From Ferroglobus placidus DSM 10642 (GTDB lineage: Archaea; Halobacteriota; Archaeoglobi; Archaeoglobales; Archaeoglobaceae): DNA of 32,000 nt. The notes beneath the pieces were generated by a model. That model was not told the DNA's origin. It ran no database searches and saw only the letters and a program-made list of their open reading frames with translations. Position 1 is the first letter of the stretch. Every line of letters begins with the position of its first letter. The DNA is taken from the NCBI RefSeq assembly GCF_000025505.1, contig NC_013849.1, positions 270,001 to 302,000 of the forward strand, in the 5' to 3' direction. The translations under genes were made by a program, and so were the position numbers. Of this stretch, positions 19,254 to 26,504 are shown piece by piece.

Positions 19254-19395
19254 TCACTCCGAGTCTTGCGAGTGCGTAAATATATCCTGCAGCTATCACC
19301 GCAGCCACAGTTACCGCGACGGGATACGTGAGAATGAATCCGAATCCGCTCGAACAGTCTGGAATGTAGCCGAATTTGACTTTGTATACTTTCAT
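19222..19395 (-). CDS. 57-aa hydrophobic peptide, candidate radical SAM substrate (not in the ORF track)
   Basis: Manual translation: MKVYKVKFGYIPDCSSGFGFILTYPVAVTVAAVIAAGYIYALARLGVIGSEEGEDKS*. ATG overlaps the upstream membrane gene stop as ATGA (19392..19395), and the 3' end overlaps the radical SAM start by 32 nt. Confidence 0.78.
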   Translation of the reverse strand: MKVYKVKFGYIPDCSSGFGFILTYPVAVTVAAVIAAGYIYALARLGVIGSEEGEDKS

Positions 19396-20027
19396 CTTCC
19401 AACCCTCCAGATTATGGCTGCCAGAACTGCGAGAGTTGTGGAGTAAATTATGGCGTTGGTAATAAGAAATCCGGCTCTGCTGAAAAATGGAAGCATGAGG
19501 ATGGTTGAGACGAGGTAAGCTATGAAAATAACCGGAATTAACGCTGAATTTCTTCTCGGGTTAACTCTCGCGTACGCAAACCCAACGATCCATGGTGGAG
19601 AAGTCCAGAGGTAGAATTGAAGAAATTCCTCGGCTCTCATTCCAATATCGAAGTATTCTGACCAGTTTTCTGGAGGTGGCGGAGTGTAGAGGTGAAGAAA
19701 AGCTGTAAACGCTGCTGCAGTTATAATAACGGGAACGGGAAAGAAAGGGATTCCCCTCGTCCTGAATGCCGAGTAAAGCAAAGGCAAGAAGATTCCTGCA
19801 GCGATCGAGATTGCCGTGGAAAATAGAACGTCTTTAAAGCTCAGAATTACGGTCAGCTCTATCCAGAACGGGACTATCGCTCCGTAAATGCTCCACTTAG
19901 CCACATCCATTCTGCTGACTTCGCTTTGCTTAGCTTCCCAACCAAAATTCCTGCTCAAAAAGTTAAATGTGTAAAGACTCACGCCAGCGAATGCTAGCAT
20001 CGGAAGAAGAAAGTTCGCGATGCTCAT
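19392..20027 (-). CDS. Multi-TM membrane protein, unknown function
   Basis: 211 aa, six or more hydrophobic segments; 4-nt overlaps with both the upstream LolA-like gene and the downstream 57-aa ORF. Confidence 0.85.
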   Translation of the reverse strand: MSIANFLLPMLAFAGVSLYTFNFLSRNFGWEAKQSEVSRMDVAKWSIYGAIVPFWIELTVILSFKDVLFSTAISIAAGIFLPLLYSAFRTRGIPFFPVPVIITAAAFTAFLHLYTPPPPENWSEYFDIGMRAEEFLQFYLWTSPPWIVGFAYARVNPRRNSALIPVIFIAYLVSTILMLPFFSRAGFLITNAIIYSTTLAVLAAIIWRVGR

Positions 20028-20998
20028 GGCTTCATGGATTCAGCTATTTTTATCAGTTCCTCCTTTTCAAGTTGACCGCTTATCGAAATCATCACGCCGT
20101 CTTTTTTGAAAGCGAGCATTCCGTTGCCGAAAATCTCAGCGTAAACACCTTCTTCGTCTCCGATCTTAACTTTCTCGCTGTTGGATAGCTTCGGCAACTC
20201 ATCTCCGGGGCTCTCCGTGATCGTCAGAATTCTCCCCTCTTTCTCGTAGACGATGGAGATCATTTCTCCTATCACCTTGACTTCCTTAAGCTCGTATCCA
20301 GCGGTGTATTCGGGCTTGAATAACGTGAAGTTAACGTGCTTTTCAGCCTCTTCAACGCTCTCGAACTTCCGAATTCCGAAGTCCTCTTCCGTCTTCACCT
20401 TCGCCCCTTCCGGGATTTTGAACTCGAAGAGTTCGTCGCTAACTCCGGTGTTGAACTCCACATTTTTGTACTCCGTTATAATCTTTATTCCGTAGCTCTC
20501 GCTCTCTATTCTCAGCGGATACCAGAACTCCTTGTCGACCCACATCTTTGCGCTCTGATTCATTTCCTTCGACTTCAGCTCTATTACGTAGCATTCTCTT
20601 TCTGCAACTCTTTCAACTCCTAAAAGCTTTACTTCGTACATTTCAAGCATTTCTTTGACGAGCTTTCCGTAGTCTGGATTTACGGGCATTTTGCTGACGT
20701 TCATTACGAATACTTCGTTCTTTTTCTCATCGTATATCCACATCTTTTCGCCGTTTGAGACGATAAGCGTCCCGGCTTTTTCATTTCTCATCCAAATTTT
20801 GTTCGGCTTCTTGAAGACGTATTCGTACTCCATCGTGATGTTTCCGCTTTCGCCAATCATCGTGTAGCTAATTTTCCCTTTGAAGTCGTTTACGGAGTCG
20901 TACTTCTCCTCTAATTTCTTCGCAATCTCTTCCGCACTCATCTGCGTGCACGCTGATACAAAAACGAGAGTCGCAAGGATTACGAAAATTTTTCTCAT
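20024..20998 (-). CDS. LolA-like (outer membrane lipoprotein-sorting protein-type) lipoprotein
   Basis: Start at MRKIF (20998) gives lipobox VFVSAC; VNDFKGKISYTMIGESGNITMEYEYVFKKPNKIWMRNE and VSNGEKMWIYDEKKNEV are LolA/DUF4367-like. The track start 21079 adds an unlikely 27-aa N-terminus. Confidence 0.8.
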   Translation of the reverse strand: MRKIFVILATLVFVSACTQMSAEEIAKKLEEKYDSVNDFKGKISYTMIGESGNITMEYEYVFKKPNKIWMRNEKAGTLIVSNGEKMWIYDEKKNEVFVMNVSKMPVNPDYGKLVKEMLEMYEVKLLGVERVAERECYVIELKSKEMNQSAKMWVDKEFWYPLRIESESYGIKIITEYKNVEFNTGVSDELFEFKIPEGAKVKTEEDFGIRKFESVEEAEKHVNFTLFKPEYTAGYELKEVKVIGEMISIVYEKEGRILTITESPGDELPKLSNSEKVKIGDEEGVYAEIFGNGMLAFKKDGVMISISGQLEKEELIKIAESMKP

Positions 20999-21017
20999 GA
21001 TTTTTGGAGTTTTCAAA

Positions 21018-21040
21018 AATATATAAACTTTTCCATTTTT
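21018..21040 (-). promoter_or_regulatory. TATA-like promoter upstream of the LolA-like gene cluster
   Basis: Reverse strand reads GGAAAGTTTATATATTTTTG about 20-40 nt upstream of ATG 20998. Confidence 0.5.
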
Positions 21041-21088
21041 TAACAAATCGCTGTTAAATGTGATGGCATGGTGTAGCACCTTGTGTTA

Positions 21089-21574
21089 TTAATGGATTTG
21101 GAAACTCCTATTTTTTACAACAAGGTTGTTGAAGGTGTTTAGGAACATGTAAAGGCTCACCACAAGGCAAACTTCCAAAGCCTCGTCTTCGTCGAAGAAC
21201 CTGAGAAGTTTTTCGAGCGAAGAATCGACCTTACCCCTGTTTAAAACAGCTTTCTCTACGAACTCCAGCAAAACTTTTTCTCTTTCGTCTTCAGCATCCT
21301 CTCTTCCACCGAGAGCTTCAAGCTTTCTTTTGTGGCTAACGTAGCAGGGGTTGCAGTCGTTTACTTCAGAAACTTTAAGGGCGATTTTCTCTTTCAAAAC
21401 TCTCTCGACTCTTCCCTTTTTCATTATTTCGTCTCTGAACTCAACAAACTTGAAAAGCAAATCCGGAAACCTTGCAAGAACTCTGTAAGCTGTTGGTATC
21501 TTGCTGCCAAATCTGTCTTTGAGGAAGCGTAGAAGCTCTGCCGGAAGTTCTTCGTCGCTTAACGGACGAACCAT
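21089..21574 (-). CDS. Carboxymuconolactone decarboxylase/AhpD-like protein
   Basis: LKEKIALKVSEVNDCNPCYVSHKRKLEALG is the AhpD-like CxxC...H motif. Confidence 0.8.
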   Translation of the reverse strand: MVRPLSDEELPAELLRFLKDRFGSKIPTAYRVLARFPDLLFKFVEFRDEIMKKGRVERVLKEKIALKVSEVNDCNPCYVSHKRKLEALGGREDAEDEREKVLLEFVEKAVLNRGKVDSSLEKLLRFFDEDEALEVCLVVSLYMFLNTFNNLVVKNRSFQIH

Positions 21575-21746
21575 GCATTGAATAAACGCTAATCTTTATT
21601 AAAACTTTCTCTTTGCAGTAGAGATCGTTAAATTAGATCGAACTTTAAAACGTCTGAAAAGAAAAAAGTAGTTAAAATAGACGAGAAAGCTGAAACGTGA
21701 AAATAGAAGGCGAAAATTATTTACTTCAAAATTACTCGATGAGCGT

Positions 21747-22279
21747 ATGATTCCGTGGGTAGCGCTCCAGATGTTTGCCCTTTTAAACAGCGTTGTATTC
21801 CTCGCAGTTCCGGTTTACTGCCTGCACGTCTACCCGACAAGGAGAACCAGTGGTGCGTTAAGTAATAGCTGTCGGCTTCACCCTGGCGTTCGCAATCCGA
21901 TTTTTCTCACCAGCAATTCTCAGCAGATTTCTGAGTTTCGAGAGTTTTCAAGTTGCGATCATGTCAGTCTCTCTGATCGGAAACGCTGTTCTGGCGATCT
22001 CACTTATCTACGGCCTCAGCTTGACCTTTGGAGAGGTTTGAAGACACCTTTCTCGTACACGGCTTCGATTGCCTTTTTCATGTCTTTAAATCTTCAAATA
22101 TCTTTTGTCGAATTTAACATCGCTTTGGCTATTTTCAGCGTCACGTTCGTTTCTATCCACGCCGCTATCACGATTAAGATGATTGAGATCAGAGCAATAA
22201 TTAAGATTTTTAGCAAACCCTCTTCAGGCAACGCAATCCTTTGGCTCAAAACGCACGAGTTTCAGCAAATAGTGTGAAA
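21747..22279 (+). pseudogene. Probable frameshifted membrane protein gene(s)
   Basis: Track frame starts as a membrane protein (MIPWVALQMFALLNSVVFLAVPVYCLHVYP) then becomes unlike a protein. The adjacent frame carries VIAVGFTLAFAIRFFSPAILSRFLSFESFQVAIMSVSLIGNAVLAISLIYGLSLTFGEV*, about 21921..22040, which is clearly membrane-like. Confidence 0.5.
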
Positions 22280-22352
22280 GAATCGCCAGCAACACTAACA
22301 TAAAGATTGCGAGAAGGACTTGCGAATAGCGTTTTCTCCATTTATTGCGTAA

Positions 22353-22586
22353 TCAGTAACCATGGCTGAAACAGGCGGTACCAAAAATGTTACTCTGTAC
22401 CTTTAAGCTGGGGCTCAAGTTTTTGGAGGCGAGATATGCCAGAAAAGTGACAAGTGAAACTCGTGAAATTTCCAGCAGCCTCAACAGTGACTCATGAGTT
22501 GGACTCAGGAGGTAAAAACTACCAAAAAGAAGATAATTAAAGAAGATAATTCCTGAAACAATCTTGATTTTAGCTTTGATTTTCAT
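22353..22586 (-). CDS. 77-aa small membrane protein
   Basis: Two hydrophobic segments; ATG at 22586 preceded by a strong AAGGTGGTGAG ribosome-binding site. Confidence 0.6.
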   Translation of the reverse strand: MKIKAKIKIVSGIIFFNYLLFGSFYLLSPTHESLLRLLEISRVSLVTFLAYLASKNLSPSLKVQSNIFGTACFSHGY

Positions 22587-22636
22587 CTCACCACCTTAAA
22601 AATTTGGTAAAAAATAGTATTAAAGCTTAGCATTCA

Positions 22637-22738
22637 CTAGGAGCATTGCTGACCGCAGCTCCATTCACACTGACCCGATGCTACACAAAAACACCCTGCA
22701 GCCAAAATACAAGCTCCCCAAGTGATTGGCGCGAACAT
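22637..22738 (-). CDS. Cys-rich micro-ORF (33 aa), bacteriocin-like; possibly the 3' part of a decayed gene
   Basis: Manual translation: MFAPITWGACILAAGCFCVASGQCEWSCGQQCS*; 6 Cys in 33 aa. Reading further upstream in frame to the previous stop adds QLLETCL with a seventh Cys. Confidence 0.35.
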   Translation of the reverse strand: MFAPITWGACILAAGCFCVASGQCEWSCGQQCS

Positions 22739-22824
22739 CAAACAGGTTTCAAGTAATTGTCAGCATATCTCGCAAACACACCACTGGTTGGCACGCCTGG
22801 TACTGGTGTACACTCTTGAGCCAT
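22738..22824 (-). CDS. Micro-ORF (28 aa) joined to the Cys-rich ORF by TGATG
   Basis: MAQECTPVPGVPTSGVFARYADNYLKPV*; its frame continues upstream past one stop as VDRAVIDDSYWSCY*FSRAQC. Could be one gene with a frameshift. Confidence 0.3.
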   Translation of the reverse strand: MAQECTPVPGVPTSGVFARYADNYLKPV

Positions 22825-22882
22825 GCATTGTGCCCGGGAGAATCAATAGCAACTCCAGTAACTATCGTCTATAACAGCCCTG

Positions 22883-23385
22883 TCAACTTAACCACCTCAT
22901 GTTGTTGTAGTACAACATGAACAGCTTACAGAATAAATTCCAGTTCTTTATGGGATTTTTAGCTGTGATTGAGCAGAAGAACAGCTTAACTCTCTGATTA
23001 AACGAGCTGAAAACTGCTTCGACCGAGCTACGCTTCCCGAAAGGTTTCTTGCTCGAATTCTAAGCCCAAGCTCTCAACAGCTCTTTTCAACCAAGGAGCT
23101 CTGTCTACGACAAATTTTGGTTCGTTCTCGCAGTAATTCAGAACTTCTCTGACGAAAGACCTTGCAGTAATAATGTTTCTCGTCGTGTTCTTCTCAGTAG
23201 AAATCAGCAGTTTTTTAAACTTCTCTTTATCAATTTCCACACAGCTGTATGGGAGACCGGACGAAAAGGATCTTAGCCGTTCTCCTCGTCGAAGAAGTTT
23301 GAATGTAAGTCACTATGCCAAGAATTCTACGTCGGAACTCTCTCTCAAACAACTCAAGCTCCTCTATAAGCTTCTTCAACTTCAT
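22883..23385 (-). mobile_element. Decayed DDE-type insertion sequence transposase, multiple frameshifts
   Basis: Reverse strand, several frames: MKLKKLIEELELFEREFRRRILGIVTYIQTSSTRRTAKIL (from 23385), RPVSHTAVWKLIKRS, NEPKFVVDRAPWLKRAVESLGLEFEQETF, then shifted KRSSVEAVFSSFNQRVKLFFCSITAKNPIKNWNLFCKLFMLYYNNMRWLS* ending 22883. FVVDRAPWLKRAVESLGLEFE is a DDE transposase-type motif. Confidence 0.8.
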
Positions 23386-23454
23386 AAAAATCGCTGAATA
23401 ATATTTAATAATATTCTATGGAAATGTTTATAAAAAATACTTCCTACTAAGATC

Positions 23455-23955
23455 ATGAACGTGAAAACTGCAACGATGATTTTCTTCGTCTTCCTGTTGA
23501 TAGCTGCACTGTTTTTTCGGACGCATTCTGTAAAAAATGGCAACGAATTTCGCCCTCTTACGGAGGAAGAGATCAAGAAACTTGTTGAGGGAAGAAAGCT
23601 GGACGTCATTGCAGTAAAGGACATTGGAAACCAGACTGTTGTTTTATACAGAACGTCCGGCGGGGGAGGGTATCTGATTCTTTCTGTAAGCAGCGGTAGA
23701 CTTGTAGAATCCGAAGCCACGTGGACGTCATCGGGAAATGTATCGGTCAGTACGCACAGAACAGGAACCCCTTTTATTGCTCTGATCCTCAACAACAGCG
23801 GTTTCAGAGAGGTGATTGTAAAGTGCGGCAACTTCTCGAAAACTTACAATGTGACTGAAGTAGGGCTGATAATCCCGGTTGACTTAAATGCGCGGCTATG
23901 CGAACTCTCTCCGCTGCAAAGAGATGGCAGGATTTTAGTTTACAGACTGAGCTGA
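23455..23955 (+). CDS. Hypothetical protein with N-terminal membrane anchor or signal
   Basis: 166 aa; MNVKTATMIFFVFLLIAALFF then a soluble beta-rich region with NxS/T sites; AT-rich upstream region. Confidence 0.7.
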   Translation: MNVKTATMIFFVFLLIAALFFRTHSVKNGNEFRPLTEEEIKKLVEGRKLDVIAVKDIGNQTVVLYRTSGGGGYLILSVSSGRLVESEATWTSSGNVSVSTHRTGTPFIALILNNSGFREVIVKCGNFSKTYNVTEVGLIIPVDLNARLCELSPLQRDGRILVYRLS

Positions 23956-24000
23956 GAGGTTTCGAGCTGATGCATGCAAATGCTTCGCAATTTGCGGGGT

Positions 24001-24471
24001 TTATTTAGTCACTCTGAGGTTTATCAAAAACAGCATTAGAAGGCTCAGAATAAAAAAAGTTACTGCGACGACGAGCGCGTACTTGACAAAGAACGACAAG
24101 CTGAACTCCCGATGCTTCTGAAAGCCAACGATTTTGCCAAGGATGAAAATCAGAAGAGTAGCGAAAACAAAAGTTACCAAGAAGAACGCTTGCTTCGATG
24201 AAAGAAGCGATCTTCCGTAGAACAGGTGATCGAGAACTGTGACAGTCAAGAACAGCAGGATAAAAACGAAAATGACAGCTCTGTTCTTCTCGATACCGTA
24301 TCTCTCAGCAACTATAAGCATCACGAGAGCGAGAATTAAAATCAATCCAATTTTTAACGAGCTGAAAAGAGCGATTTCCACATCTCTATAAGCTGCGAAG
24401 CTTAGCAGGAAGTAAAGCGACAGTACTGCAAGCAGGATTTTTACCTCTCTGATCACCATAACTTGCTTCAA
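24001..24471 (-). CDS. Multi-TM membrane protein, unknown function
   Basis: 156 aa with about five hydrophobic segments. Confidence 0.65.
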   Translation of the reverse strand: MKQVMVIREVKILLAVLSLYFLLSFAAYRDVEIALFSSLKIGLILILALVMLIVAERYGIEKNRAVIFVFILLFLTVTVLDHLFYGRSLLSSKQAFFLVTFVFATLLIFILGKIVGFQKHREFSLSFFVKYALVVAVTFFILSLLMLFLINLRVTK

Positions 24472-24493
24472 AAACCCTTAAATAAATTTTTTG

Positions 24494-24793
24494 TTACGAT
24501 TTTGCGATCTTCGAGTTCTGCTGACCGAAGGAATGGCGAAGTCTTTGAATTGGTTCGTATCGTTTCACATCTCCTGCTACAATGTGAGCTTCTTCGCTCT
24601 CGCTCACGTAGATGTTCGAAGCGTCGTAAACCTCTTTGAAGTGCAAACCCATCACGAAACCTCTCTCAGCAACGACGAAGGCTATCTTCTATCCACTTCC
24701 GACGAACGTAAGCCCAGTAAAAAGCTCTGGAAAATTCCCCTCAGCAAGCTCGACTTTCTCAAAAATTCAACCCTCTCAAAAGCTCTTCAGCAT
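24494..24793 (-). pseudogene. Candidate decayed ORF with in-frame stops (two TGA, one TAG)
   Basis: MLKSF*EG*IFEKVELAEGNFPELFTGLTFVGSG*KIAFVVAERGFVMGLHFKEVYDASNIYVSESEEAHIVAGDVKRYEPIQRLRHSFGQQNSKIAKS*; protein-like text on both sides of the TAG at 24689..24691. Confidence 0.4.
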
Positions 24794-24907
24794 CTGTAAA
24801 AGTTTAAAGGTTTTTCGAGAGCTCTAAGTTTTTTGAGCTTGAGCGAATTCGTGAAAAGGGACGTCGAACTCCTGAACCCATTCCGAGTGCATGCCATTCT
24901 CGCAAAT

Positions 24908-25915
24908 TTATCGATTTTCCGATGCCCGACACTTCTGCAGCAATCGACGGACCCTAATAATTTCCCACCCGATTCCCAGAGCAAACCTCAAACTCGAAAA
25001 GGCCATCGACGGCTCAGCGTAGCAAAGCAAGTAACATCCTCTGCAGCTTTCAGCCATTCTGCAACCTTTGGCGTACTCCTCGCTCTCGATTATCTCTTTT
25101 AAGCTCCTGTTTTTCAAGTTTCCCGCTGTAACGTAATCCACCTCGTAGCACGGAGAGATCACGCTACCGTCTGGATTAACCCTTAAAAGCAGGTATGGCA
25201 TGCAGTTGACCCTCTTCCCTTCAATTATGAGGTTCAGGTAGGGCGTCGAATTCAGTATGCATCTGAACTCTCTTTTCAGCTGGAGAATTCTTCCAATTGT
25301 ACCTCTCAGCTTAGCTTCATCGACAGTCGCACAGCCTTCGAAGTAGGTTGAGACGGGCTCGAATGTTATTCCCGCTCCGACGCTTTCAGCGAAAGTGACA
25401 AGGTCTTCAATCTCGTTGATGTTATCGTCGTGCAGAACGACGTTTACGCACGTTTGAACACTCTGAGACGCTTTCTTTATCGCCTCTACAACTGTGTTGA
25501 GCGCGTCGACTCCCGTTATTTTTCTGAACTTTTCTCTGCTGAGCGTGTCGAGGCTTACAACAAGTAAATCCACGTTCAGATTGGAAAATTTTTCAAGCAA
25601 AAGTCCGTTGGTCACGAGCATCGTGTAAAGTCCGCAATCCTTTGCCTTTCTGAGGATTTCGTTGACGTCTCTTCTTAACAGCGGTTCGCCTCCGGTGGCG
25701 GTGTAAACTGCCATTCCGACGTCTGCAGCACCCTCTATCATTCTCTTGACTTCTACCGTGCTCATCTCATCGCATCTCCACATCCAGTAAGCGCAGTAGT
25801 GGCAGCGCATGTTGCACCTGAACGTCAGCATGTGGGCGAGAACAATAGGCTGGCGTTTTCTTAACAGGTTATTTTTCACGTAGGCTTTAAGGAGCTTCGA
25901 AATAACGCGGATCAT
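24908..25915 (-). CDS. Radical SAM/SPASM domain protein (second copy type)
   Basis: AHMLTFRCNMRCHYCAYWMWRC (CxxxCxxC), YTATGGEPLLR, SPASM-type CMPYLLLRVNPDGSVISPCYEVDYVTAGN...CRMAESCRGCYLLCY. Confidence 0.95.
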   Translation of the reverse strand: MIRVISKLLKAYVKNNLLRKRQPIVLAHMLTFRCNMRCHYCAYWMWRCDEMSTVEVKRMIEGAADVGMAVYTATGGEPLLRRDVNEILRKAKDCGLYTMLVTNGLLLEKFSNLNVDLLVVSLDTLSREKFRKITGVDALNTVVEAIKKASQSVQTCVNVVLHDDNINEIEDLVTFAESVGAGITFEPVSTYFEGCATVDEAKLRGTIGRILQLKREFRCILNSTPYLNLIIEGKRVNCMPYLLLRVNPDGSVISPCYEVDYVTAGNLKNRSLKEIIESEEYAKGCRMAESCRGCYLLCYAEPSMAFSSLRFALGIGWEIIRVRRLLQKCRASENR

Positions 25916-25921
25916 GGAAAA

Positions 25922-26503
25922 TCACGAAACGTAGATTCTCACAACCCTGTTCTCATCCAGATCCACGAGAGCCGAAACCACCCTATCGCTATGCCAGGTT
26001 ACGCTGAACAGCTCTTTCGGTATGTAGAACTTCGCTGCGGTGTGAGGTAGAACTCTTCTGACGGTAACGTGTCCCTTAGCGTTCTCGTAGATTGTTTCGT
26101 TGCTCAGAGCTACGCTTATCGCTTTTTCTTTGACACTCAGTGGTAAGGCTTCGAGCAGGTAAGATTTGAGCGTGAGAGAACCGTTTTCGAAGACGAACAG
26201 GTAGATGTCTTCGCCAGGCAAATCATTGCTTTTCGCCTTGACGATTATTTTCTCTCCCTCGACGCTCACGTTCACTTCCGTGTAGCTGAATCCGTCGTAG
26301 GGAGAGAGAAACTCTTCAGGATAGTTTTCAATTCTCTCAGCAATTTCTTCTGCTGTCAAAGTATTGTTCTCGGATTTGTGGTTTTGATAGCTCTCGGATT
26401 TACTCTGGTTTGACTCAGCACCGCTTTTCACTTCTCCGCTTTGAAAGCAGCCAGCAACAAGAATCGCAAAGAGAAGAAAAAATAGGAGTAAAATCTTCTT
26501 CAA
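25922..26503 (-). CDS. Lipoprotein, unknown function
   Basis: 193 aa; MKKILLLFFLLFAILVAGCFQSG lipobox then a Ser/Asn-rich linker; 6 nt upstream of the radical SAM gene. Confidence 0.85.
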   Translation of the reverse strand: MKKILLLFFLLFAILVAGCFQSGEVKSGAESNQSKSESYQNHKSENNTLTAEEIAERIENYPEEFLSPYDGFSYTEVNVSVEGEKIIVKAKSNDLPGEDIYLFVFENGSLTLKSYLLEALPLSVKEKAISVALSNETIYENAKGHVTVRRVLPHTAAKFYIPKELFSVTWHSDRVVSALVDLDENRVVRIYVS

Positions 26504-26504
26504 G

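Noticed and set aside
22897-22920. Perfect 9-bp palindrome TCATGTTGT-TGTAGT-ACAACATGA
   Set aside because: Falls inside the transposase C-terminal coding text (LFMLYYNNM) and has no T-run or second copy; probably coincidental, though it could be part of an IS end.
22726-22920. 64-aa plus-strand ORF (MARTSNRFQVIVSISRKHTTGWHAWYWCTLLSH...)
   Set aside because: Starts at TTG with no clear RBS and lies opposite both the transposase remnant and the Cys-rich micro-ORFs, whose reading makes more sense.
22919-22988. Direct repeat GAACAGCTTA, two copies 60 bp apart
   Set aside because: Both copies encode similar Lys-Leu-Phe text in the transposase remnant; too short to be meaningful.
24491-24827. Plus-strand ORFs 24491..24799 and 24636..24827
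   Set aside because: Poor protein character and they lie opposite the more protein-like decayed minus-strand frame.
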